Origin: a virus
Lineage: Duplodnaviria; Heunggongvirae; Uroviricota; Caudoviricetes
Reading direction: 5' to 3' (one strand)
Length of the DNA stretch: 35,862 nt
IMG/VR virus record: IMGVR_UViG_3300023213_000338
Shown here: piece by piece, positions 16,289 through 24,346 of the stretch
Position numbering within the stretch: the first letter of the stretch is position 1
Layout: every line of letters begins with the position of its first letter
Position numbers and translations under genes: made by a program
Notes under the pieces: model-generated
Database searches by the model: none
What the model saw: only the letters and a program-made list of their open reading frames with translations
What the model was told of the DNA's origin: nothing

Positions 16289-16413
16289 TAAGAATTGTTC
16301 TCATTGGCTAATGGAGTGGATAAAACGCAGTAGCTCTCTTATACTGCTTCTCCTAATAGAAAAGAGACATGGGTTTAGGAACAGCCAATCGTTAGCTGAA
16401 CCCACTTAAAAAT

Positions 16414-16740
16414 ATGGCTGGTTTTAAAAGGGATTTGCAATATATATTTTATGCTACGCGATCTGGTCTTTCTAACCAGAAGTATTATAATGTTCGTGAT
16501 CATATGAGAGCATATTACATCTTGCGACTTGGATCTTCTCCAGTCCCACCTCGTCTTACTGAACTTGAAAGAAGGTGGTTACGATTGGTTATTACAACCA
16601 ATGGCGGAACTCCGAGTGGAAACTATTTATCTGATTTGTGGAAACAAGCCTGTATGATAAAAGGAATAACCCCTAATAATATGGTCGAGCAAAATCAAAT
16701 TAATTATTGGACTATGGTAACTTCAGCAAATGGCATGTAA
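16414..16740 (+). CDS. Hypothetical virion-associated protein (paralog A)
   Basis: Directly after the capsid gene. Shares FY..., ELERRW and LWK patterns with the next ORF. Confidence 0.6.
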   Translation: MAGFKRDLQYIFYATRSGLSNQKYYNVRDHMRAYYILRLGSSPVPPRLTELERRWLRLVITTNGGTPSGNYLSDLWKQACMIKGITPNNMVEQNQINYWTMVTSANGM

Positions 16741-16743
16741 CTT

Positions 16744-17064
16744 ATGGTAGCATCTTTTATTAGGCAAGCACAACGTAATTTTTATCTTCGACATACAATA
16801 GGAGTAACGCAACAGACTCCTTTTGGGGAATTGCAACGTCGTTATTGGATGCAATATTTAGGAGATGCTTCGATTACAAACCAAACTTCATATAGGGATT
16901 TAGAGATACGTTGGATGAAGAAATGGATGAACGATAATGGAGTTACTCCTCCCAATACTAAATATATGGCTACTCTTTGGAAATACTTAGTTACAGCAGC
17001 TGGGAAAATACCAAGTACATATATTGCTGACAATGAACTTGCCTTTTACTTAAATGCTCCATAA
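16744..17064 (+). CDS. Hypothetical virion-associated protein (paralog B)
   Basis: 106 aa, similar to 16414-16740. Confidence 0.6.
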   Translation: MVASFIRQAQRNFYLRHTIGVTQQTPFGELQRRYWMQYLGDASITNQTSYRDLEIRWMKKWMNDNGVTPPNTKYMATLWKYLVTAAGKIPSTYIADNELAFYLNAP

Positions 17065-17068
17065 GCTA

Positions 17069-17097
17069 TTGACAAAATATATAATGCTAACTACAAT
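17069..17097 (+). promoter_or_regulatory. sigma70-type promoter upstream of the glycosylation island
   Basis: TTGACA (17069-17074), 17 nt, TACAAT (17092-17097). Confidence 0.75.
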
Positions 17098-17131
17098 GAG
17101 GAAAAGGTTGCCTATCAGAACACCTGAAGAA

Positions 17132-17176
17132 AACCGACAAGCCAACTAAGCGATTAGTTCTTTTGTCGGTTATTTT
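17132..17176 (+). terminator. Long leader hairpin with GNRA loop
   Basis: AACCGACAA...AACTAA-GCGA-TTAGTT...TTGTCGGTT then ATTTT. Confidence 0.55.
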
Positions 17177-17198
17177 GTGTAAAAGGTGGTGATACTTA

Positions 17199-17510
17199 AT
17201 GTATAACGAAAGTAAAATTAATAGCATGAGCAAAAAGAATCCAATGGGTAAAATAGGAAAGAAAGCTTTTAAGGGACAGGTAAAGGCTATTAAAAAGGGA
17301 ACGAAAATTCAAAATGTTAAAAGTCCAGCAGGAAAAGCAAAAGCCAATAAAGCCAAGTCGGTTAACGGTTCGTCTAATAAAAACGCTTTACAAAAACCAA
17401 AAGCTCCTACATCAAAATTTCCAAATAAAATAGACTACAAATCTTTTTTTGAAAATGATGCTAATCCCTTTGGGGGATTTAAAGGTGTAACCGATACTAA
17501 AAAATATTAG
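17199..17510 (+). CDS. Lys-rich basic protein
   Basis: SD aaaggtggtg. Histone-like low-complexity K/A/G/P composition. Confidence 0.65.
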   Translation: MYNESKINSMSKKNPMGKIGKKAFKGQVKAIKKGTKIQNVKSPAGKAKANKAKSVNGSSNKNALQKPKAPTSKFPNKIDYKSFFENDANPFGGFKGVTDTKKY

Positions 17511-17570
17511 GTGTTTTACCAATTGATCATTTTACTTACGAGGTAATGAATTAAAGCTCGTAATGATACT

Positions 17571-20075
17571 ATGGCAGAAATTGAAATCACGAAAACTACT
17601 CATCCTTATAAAATTTTTTTCAACATGATTGTTAAGGATGACGAACCTCTGGAAATGGTTGAGAGATCAATAGACTCCATTAAAAAATACGTTGATGATA
17701 TTTATATAACAGTTACTTATGATAAGGATAAACCTTACAATTCTTCTTTAGTAAAGTATTTAAAAGATCAAAAATATCATGTTTCCTTTTTTAAGTGGGT
17801 TGATGATTTTTCTGTTGCCAGAAATTATGCAATGGAGCAAGTTCCTAAAGATCCAAGTCATTTTATTTATTGGCATGATGCTGATGATGTTTTAATGAAT
17901 CCAGATAAATTACATCTTATAGCAACCGATATGTATAATCAGAAACAAGCATCAGCCTTTTTTACTTATTTATATCTTGTTGAATTAGATGAAGAAAACA
18001 ATATCCGTGAAGTATTGGTAGAACATAAAAGAGAAAGGTTAATTCGCCATGACGATACATTTAAATGGATAGGGATGTTACATGAAGTTTTAATTGAGCA
18101 ACGTCAGGAAAATGTTACAAAATACTTCCGTCCAGAGTGTACGGTTCTTCATCTTTCTACGGAAACAAGGACAGACATTAATATTTTAAGAAATGTTCGT
18201 ATTCTAGAAGTTGCAATTAAGAAACAGGAACGAAAAGATCCTCGTACGATTATATATCTTGCAAAAGCATATTTTGATTTAGCTAAAGATGTGAGAAAGA
18301 AAGATAAGCACAAAATATATAGAGAACTTGCGATGATATTATTTAAGGAATATTTAGAAGGAGACGCAAATCCTGGAGATCCAAGTTATAGAGAAGGGTC
18401 AGGATGGAGAGAAGAACGTTCAACGGCATGGGAATATGTTTCAGAACTTCTAAGATGGAGTGGTAATATTAATGAAGCAATTGAAGCCATTGACCATGCT
18501 TTAAACGAAGCTCCCCAGTTTCCTATGTATTATATAGACAAAGCTGCTTTATATGTTCTAAAAAAAGATATTGCCAAAGCCAAAATTTGGCTAATGCTTG
18601 CAACGAACATCCCAGAGCCAGAGACAACAATTATTTCTACTCCTCGTGATCTTAAGTCTAAAGCCCTTGAAGTTGATTACCATATTTCTCTTATAGAGAT
18701 GAATCTTGCTAAGACCAAACAGGATTTACAATTGCTTTTAAAAATGTTCCCCAAGCAACCAGATTATGAACATAGGTTAAAAGTAATTGAAAATATGGAG
18801 AAATTGAATAAAACCTCACAATCGATTATTTATCTTGGTAAATATTTAGAAGATCAAAAAGAAGATTTAAAGCTTCCCTATCTTGTGAAAGCTATCCCTA
18901 AAGAATTGCAGGTAGAAAAATTTGCCTCTGAGATGAGACATAGATTTTTACCTGCTAAGATTTGGGAGAAGAATGAAGTTGCAATTCTTTGTGGCCCAGG
19001 ATGGGAAACTTGGACACCAGATAGTATGAAAACAGGACTTGGTGGGTCAGAAGAGGCAGTTGTTCATATGGGAGAACAACTGACAAAGTTTGGGTATAAA
19101 GTTACTGTTTACGCAAACCCCATGGAAAAAGAAGGACTATATAATGGAGTTGAATATAAGCAATGGTATGATATGAATCCTAAAGATGTTTTTAATATTC
19201 TTATTTTATGGAGATCAATAGGTTTTGTAGATGTTTCCCCTAAAGCAAAATTTATTATGCTTTGGATGCATGATATTCCTAATAATCCAGATTTTACAGA
19301 AGAAAGAGTAGGAAGACTTAATAAAATCGCTGTTTTATCAGAATACCATAAGAGTTTACTTCGCATGCAATTGGATAATGGGACATTTATTCCAATTCCA
19401 GAAAATAAGATTTTTTTAACAGCAAATGGAATTGATTTAATTCCTCCTATTAATAAATGGAAAGGAGATACTAAAAAGATGATTTATTGCTCCAGTCCTG
19501 ATAGAGGTCTTGTTTATCTTTTACGCAATTGGCCAATTATAAAAGAGAAAGTTCCTGATGCTACATTAGATATCTATTATGGGTTTGATATATTTGATAG
19601 AATCTTTGCCAATAATCCAGGTAGACAGGAGTGGAAGCATAAGGTTTTGGCTATGACAAAACAATCTGGAATTACATATCATGGAAGAGTAGGACATAAG
19701 GAGCTTCAGGATGCATTCGGCAAATCTGGGGCTTGGGCTTATCCGACAGATTTTGGAGAAATTTCTTGCATAAATGCGATGAAGGCTCAGGCACTTGGAG
19801 CAATTCCTGTGGTTACAAATTTCGCTGCTTTACAAGAAACAGTAAGAAATGGTATGAAGGTAGATGTGGATATTACAACTGAAGAAGGACAAAAAGAATA
19901 TGTTACAGCATTAGTTAAAATGCTTAAGCACCCAAAACATCAACAAGAAATTCGAGCATCTATGATGCCTTGGGCAAGAGAAAAATTTCAGTGGGAAGAT
20001 ATAGCTAAAGATTGGGATGATTTATTTAAAAATCATACGTCTCACTTACAGGAGGTGAAAAATAATGGATTATAA
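17571..20075 (+). CDS. Three-domain glycosyltransferase: GT2 (SunS/GmaR-like) - TPR - GT4
   Basis: N-terminal W.DDFS.ARN, WHDADD (DxD), RERL and W.G.LHE. Central TPR helices (YLAKAY, AIEAIDHAL..AP). C-terminal GLGGSEE...SSPDRGL...HGRV...EISCINAMKAQALGAIPV (GT-B). Confidence 0.85.
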   Translation: MAEIEITKTTHPYKIFFNMIVKDDEPLEMVERSIDSIKKYVDDIYITVTYDKDKPYNSSLVKYLKDQKYHVSFFKWVDDFSVARNYAMEQVPKDPSHFIYWHDADDVLMNPDKLHLIATDMYNQKQASAFFTYLYLVELDEENNIREVLVEHKRERLIRHDDTFKWIGMLHEVLIEQRQENVTKYFRPECTVLHLSTETRTDINILRNVRILEVAIKKQERKDPRTIIYLAKAYFDLAKDVRKKDKHKIYRELAMILFKEYLEGDANPGDPSYREGSGWREERSTAWEYVSELLRWSGNINEAIEAIDHALNEAPQFPMYYIDKAALYVLKKDIAKAKIWLMLATNIPEPETTIISTPRDLKSKALEVDYHISLIEMNLAKTKQDLQLLLKMFPKQPDYEHRLKVIENMEKLNKTSQSIIYLGKYLEDQKEDLKLPYLVKAIPKELQVEKFASEMRHRFLPAKIWEKNEVAILCGPGWETWTPDSMKTGLGGSEEAVVHMGEQLTKFGYKVTVYANPMEKEGLYNGVEYKQWYDMNPKDVFNILILWRSIGFVDVSPKAKFIMLWMHDIPNNPDFTEERVGRLNKIAVLSEYHKSLLRMQLDNGTFIPIPENKIFLTANGIDLIPPINKWKGDTKKMIYCSSPDRGLVYLLRNWPIIKEKVPDATLDIYYGFDIFDRIFANNPGRQEWKHKVLAMTKQSGITYHGRVGHKELQDAFGKSGAWAYPTDFGEISCINAMKAQALGAIPVVTNFAALQETVRNGMKVDVDITTEEGQKEYVTALVKMLKHPKHQQEIRASMMPWAREKFQWEDIAKDWDDLFKNHTSHLQEVKNNGL

Positions 20076-20265
20076 TAATTTGCCACGAGGAAAATGTAGT
20101 TACTGCGGTAAAGAAATTCCTATTCGAGATATTCGCGATACAAAACCTAGATATTGTAATAGAGCTCACGCTTCAATGGCACGATTTAGCACAAGATATC
20201 AAGGAACAATGGCAGGACCAGCAGATAGACCTAAGAATTTAGACGAAAAATTAAAAAAATTATAA
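20065..20265 (+). CDS. Small Zn-finger-like protein
   Basis: SD aggaggtg. CSYCGKEI...YCNRAH. Confidence 0.6.
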   Translation: MDYNNLPRGKCSYCGKEIPIRDIRDTKPRYCNRAHASMARFSTRYQGTMAGPADRPKNLDEKLKKL

Positions 20266-20286
20266 AGAAAGAAAGGAGGTAAAATT

Positions 20287-20505
20287 ATGACAGTAAAAGC
20301 AACTAATGCGAATGATTTACTTTGTTTATCTCAAGCATTATCTTTAGCGGTTTCTAACTTTGAGTTTGGGAGACCATATGCGAAAGCAATCTTTACCGAA
20401 TACTTAAGAGTATCTGGTTTTGATGTTTCTAAAAAGCTCATCACTGGTTCTACCTCTGTTTCAACAATACCATTGGAAAATATTAAAGTGGAAAAAACAA
20501 AATAA
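20287..20505 (+). CDS. Small hypothetical protein
   Basis: Strong SD aaaggaggt. 72 aa. Confidence 0.7.
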   Translation: MTVKATNANDLLCLSQALSLAVSNFEFGRPYAKAIFTEYLRVSGFDVSKKLITGSTSVSTIPLENIKVEKTK

Positions 20506-20517
20506 GGAGGTGAGATT

Positions 20518-20958
20518 ATGAAATTAAAAAAAGTTGCAGATGATTGGTATCCAAGCGAAAATCCTTATCTAAAAATAGGAGAAGTAGTTGAAATCAGTGA
20601 CTATACTAAATTAGTTAAAACTCAAAAAGCAGTTTTGGTTGATGAAATGGGGAATGAAATCCCATTACCAGGCGAAGAGTATCAATGTGGAGTTTGCTTT
20701 AAGAAAATTTCTGGGAGTTTATTGAATTACACTAACCATGTGCTTACAGCACATGCACCAACTAAAAAAGAAGAAGTGGCCTCTGAAGTTCCTGCACCTG
20801 TAGCACAAGCTACACTGGATGAAATTCCAAAGCCATCTATGTCAGTAGTTCCTGAAGTTACAATTCCAACACAAACACCAGCAGATATATTAAAGGCAAA
20901 AAGATTGGCAGCGTTGGAAAAAGCTAGAGCGGTAAGACAAACTCTTTTAAATAAATGA
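20518..20958 (+). CDS. Hypothetical protein with C2H2-like motif and basic tail
   Basis: SD aaggaggtg. CGVC...HVLTAH, and LEKARAVR at the C-terminus. Confidence 0.7.
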   Translation: MKLKKVADDWYPSENPYLKIGEVVEISDYTKLVKTQKAVLVDEMGNEIPLPGEEYQCGVCFKKISGSLLNYTNHVLTAHAPTKKEEVASEVPAPVAQATLDEIPKPSMSVVPEVTIPTQTPADILKAKRLAALEKARAVRQTLLNK

Positions 20959-20962
20959 GTAT

Positions 20963-21757
20963 ATGAGTAAACCAAAGATATTATTTGTGTTTGATCACAA
21001 ATATGAAACCTTTTGGGCTGATGGTCTATGGGCAGCTGTTGAAATTCTTAGGCAAGATTTTGTTATTGAAAAAATTAATCTTTTTAACACAAAGCCCTAC
21101 GAAACAACCGCAGACTTCATTTTAGGTTGGGGTGGTTGGAATAGTCGAGTAGACAAGATGCTTCAAGGCTTAGATATTGATGTTCCAAAGGGATTATGTA
21201 TAGCTGGGAATAGTTTTCCTCCTGACGGAAAAGAGAAATATAATGTTCTTTTTTATGAAACGGAGTGGTATAAGCCACAGATAGAAGGTCATTCTAATAT
21301 TTTTCATGCATTTGGAGTAAATACAGATATTTATTGGCATTCCAAAAATGCTTCTAAGATTTGGGACTGGTTAACCGTTGGAGCATTTGCTTTATGGAAA
21401 CGACAACCAAAAATCCAAGATAAAAAGGGTACAAAACTTGCTATTGGAGAAATACAAAAAGAAAATTATGGAGAATCATTGGATATAATTGCCAACCTAA
21501 TTTTAAAAGGAGTTGCAATATCTGATATGGTTGAACCCACAACTCTTGCTAAAATTTATAATGCAAGCAGAAATGTTTATATACCTGCTGATATAAATGG
21601 AGGAGGAGAGCGGGCGGTAATGGAAGCTAAAGCTTGCGGAATTCCTGTCATTGTAGAATCAGATAACCCAAAGTTAATGTCTCTTTTACAAGAAGATGTT
21701 CCTACGCATCATTATTATGCCGATCAATTGAGGAAAGGAGTGATGACTTGTTTATGA
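20963..21757 (+). CDS. Glycosyltransferase, GT-B/GT4-like
   Basis: LAKIYNAS..VYIP...GERAVMEAKACGIPV (E-x7-E-like motif). Confidence 0.7.
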   Translation: MSKPKILFVFDHKYETFWADGLWAAVEILRQDFVIEKINLFNTKPYETTADFILGWGGWNSRVDKMLQGLDIDVPKGLCIAGNSFPPDGKEKYNVLFYETEWYKPQIEGHSNIFHAFGVNTDIYWHSKNASKIWDWLTVGAFALWKRQPKIQDKKGTKLAIGEIQKENYGESLDIIANLILKGVAISDMVEPTTLAKIYNASRNVYIPADINGGGERAVMEAKACGIPVIVESDNPKLMSLLQEDVPTHHYYADQLRKGVMTCL

Positions 21758-22068
21758 AAATATTAGCTGTTTGTTCTCAGGGAGAGGATAGAAGCGTTGC
21801 TTTTGCATATATTTTAAAAGCAGACAAGGGAATGAAAGATGTTTTGGATTGCGGGATTGATGTAACTACTAAAAATACATTTGATATGCTAGCTGATTGG
21901 GCAGATCGGATATTTGTTGTAGGAGAAGATACTTTATATAGAAAAGTTCCTCAAAAATATTTATATAAAACAACACACGTGGATGTTGGTAAAGATATTT
22001 GGCATGATTCTAGACATCCAGACTTGCTTCGAACTTTAAGAGTAATTATTAACAAATTAGGATTATGA
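21754..22068 (+). CDS. Low-molecular-weight phosphatase/ArsC-fold-like protein
   Basis: SD aaaggag, ATG 21754. KILAVCSQGEDRS (Cx5R-like P-loop), WADRIFVV and D.W. Confidence 0.6.
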   Translation: MKILAVCSQGEDRSVAFAYILKADKGMKDVLDCGIDVTTKNTFDMLADWADRIFVVGEDTLYRKVPQKYLYKTTHVDVGKDIWHDSRHPDLLRTLRVIINKLGL

Positions 22069-23183
22069 AAAATATACCTGTTTTACGACCTTCTTATGAT
22101 GAACAGACAAAAAAGGAATTGCTTGAAGTTCTTGATTCTGGATGGACGGGTTTTGGTTCAAAGACAATAGAGTTTGAGAAAAAGTTTGCAGAATATGTGG
22201 GAGCAAAATATTGTGTAATGACCAATTCTGGAACATCCGCTCTCGACCTCTGTCTAAAAGCATATGATATTAAAGGAGGGGAGCTTATTACTACCCCAAT
22301 GACATTTGTTTCAGATGCTATCGTTGGAGAATGGAACGATATGGATGTTACTTTTGCCGATATCAAAGAAGATTCCTTATGCTTAGATCCAGAAACCATT
22401 AAATTTACCCAGCAAACAAAAGCTATTATAGTTGTTGATTCTCATGGGAGGTTGGCAGATATTGATGGAATTCATAAGCGAATGAATAACGAATATGATT
22501 CGTTAGGATATATGGGATCAAACCCAGTTATTATAGAAGATGCAGCTCATGCGCTTTTAACTCCAGGAGCAGGTAAAAAAGGAGATATTACGATGTGGTC
22601 TTTTCAAGCAGTTAAAACCCTTCCTATATTTGATGGAGGAGCAATTACAACCAATGATGAGAGAATTTATAGCAAGTTAAGGACTTTAACTTGGCTAGGA
22701 GTAGAAAAGTCTACATATGAAAGAGCAGAAGGCAAGCGTTATACTTGGGATTATGATATTACTCAAGCTGATGGAATTAAAGCATATATGACAGACGTAC
22801 AAGCTGTTATTGGGCTTGGGCAATTACGAAGATTAGAAGAAATGACTGCTAAAAGAAGAGCAATTCAATCTGCATATAACGAAGCCTTTGTTTCCATTCC
22901 TCAAATTAAAATTCCCATGTATTCCCATACGGTGCAGTATTATACTCCTCAAGTTGAAAAGAGAGATGAATTGAGTGACTTTTTGGCATCTCAAGGAATT
23001 ACCACTTCCGTACATTTTAAGCCACTTTCGGAATTCTCCTACTGGAAAAAAGCCAAGAAAGATCCTCTGCCAGTAACCGATAAAGTTTGGCCTAAACTTC
23101 TTACTTTACCAGTATTCTACGACATGAAATGGGAAGAAGTTGAATATGTAATTCAAAAGGTAAAGGAGTTTTATTCCAAGTGA
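22065..23183 (+). CDS. DegT/DnrJ/EryC1/StrS-family NDP-sugar aminotransferase
   Basis: GWTGFG...FE..FA, NSGTSAL, TPMTF, IIEDAAHA, SFQAVKTL (PLP Lys), GGAITT and LTLP. Confidence 0.95.
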   Translation: MKNIPVLRPSYDEQTKKELLEVLDSGWTGFGSKTIEFEKKFAEYVGAKYCVMTNSGTSALDLCLKAYDIKGGELITTPMTFVSDAIVGEWNDMDVTFADIKEDSLCLDPETIKFTQQTKAIIVVDSHGRLADIDGIHKRMNNEYDSLGYMGSNPVIIEDAAHALLTPGAGKKGDITMWSFQAVKTLPIFDGGAITTNDERIYSKLRTLTWLGVEKSTYERAEGKRYTWDYDITQADGIKAYMTDVQAVIGLGQLRRLEEMTAKRRAIQSAYNEAFVSIPQIKIPMYSHTVQYYTPQVEKRDELSDFLASQGITTSVHFKPLSEFSYWKKAKKDPLPVTDKVWPKLLTLPVFYDMKWEEVEYVIQKVKEFYSK

Positions 23184-23791
23184 AAATATTATTAACAGGA
23201 GGTTCAGGACTCTTAGGAACGGAACTTCAGAAATATATAGAGTGCGATGCTCCGCCCCACAAAGAATTGGACATAACAAAACCTATCGAAGTCACAAAAG
23301 CTTATGATGTTATTATTCATGCAGCCGCCTATACTGATGTAGTAAAAGCAGAAAAAGAAAGAGAAAAATGTGCATTGGTTAATATTCAAGGTACGCTTAA
23401 TTTACTAAGAGCTTATTCTAAAACAAAGTTTGTATATATTTCTACAGAGTATGTTTATGAACCAGTTAACTTTTATACTCAAACTAAGTTTATTGCAGAA
23501 AAATTGGTTAGAAATCATTCCTCTTATTTAATTATTCGAACTCTTTTTAAAGCGACTCCATTCCCTTACAGCGTAGCTTTCTTTGACCAATGGACAAAAG
23601 GAGATTATGTTGATGTAATTGCTCCACTGATCGTGGCAGAGATTTTGCAAGGAAATTGGAATAATACGATAAATATTGGGACAGGTAAAAAAACAATATT
23701 AGATTTAGCACGACGTACTAAGCCAGATATTCTAGCTAAATCTATTCATGATATTAAAGATATAAAGTTGCCAACAGGAGAAACTTTATGA
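23180..23791 (+). CDS. RmlD-like NDP-4-keto-sugar reductase (short SDR)
   Basis: ILLTGGSGLLG, IIHAAAYTDV..AE, YISTEYV and YTQTK (YxxxK). Confidence 0.85.
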   Translation: MKILLTGGSGLLGTELQKYIECDAPPHKELDITKPIEVTKAYDVIIHAAAYTDVVKAEKEREKCALVNIQGTLNLLRAYSKTKFVYISTEYVYEPVNFYTQTKFIAEKLVRNHSSYLIIRTLFKATPFPYSVAFFDQWTKGDYVDVIAPLIVAEILQGNWNNTINIGTGKKTILDLARRTKPDILAKSIHDIKDIKLPTGETL

Positions 23792-24345
23792 ATAAACCAA
23801 AAATAACCGTTGTTCAATGTCATGTCCCAATTTCGCCAGAATTTGATGAGATGCTTGAAGCTTCCTATAAGTCTCTTATGGGTATGTATGATGAGTATGT
23901 TCTAGTTGTTAACGATGGCATAGGTTATGCAAAAGCTCATAATTGGGGAATGAAACATGCCAAGGGGGATTTTATTATTTGCGTTTCAAATGACGCTTTA
24001 TTAATAGATGGTGTATTAGAAAGCATGTGTGATTTAAAAGCTGTCACTTATTCTTCCAACAATCAATTTGGATGTTTTTTTTGTTTGCCCCGATGGGTAT
24101 ATGAAGCTACACAAGGTTTTGATGAAAGTTTTGGAATGGCTTATTTTGAAGATAATGATTTTCTGCTTAGATTAAAAGATCTAAAAATTCCAATAAAACG
24201 TGTGTCGTCCATTGTAATTGAGCATTTAGGAGGAGTTACAGTTAGAGCTCTTAATAAGGAAAGTGAGGCATCTCAATTTGGTGAAAAACGATTTAAAGAG
24301 AAATGGGGAGATCGAGATCCCAATAGTTGGGAACAAAATTCATAA
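23788..24345 (+). CDS. GT2-family glycosyltransferase
   Basis: GYAKAHNWG...GDFIICVSND, GFDE.F...YFEDND and IEHLGG.T. Confidence 0.85.
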   Translation: MNKPKITVVQCHVPISPEFDEMLEASYKSLMGMYDEYVLVVNDGIGYAKAHNWGMKHAKGDFIICVSNDALLIDGVLESMCDLKAVTYSSNNQFGCFFCLPRWVYEATQGFDESFGMAYFEDNDFLLRLKDLKIPIKRVSSIVIEHLGGVTVRALNKESEASQFGEKRFKEKWGDRDPNSWEQNS

Positions 24346-24346
24346 T

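Noticed and set aside
20955-20969. ATGAGTA repeated at a gene junction
   Set aside because: It changes neither stop nor start, is too short, and is likely chance or neutral slippage.
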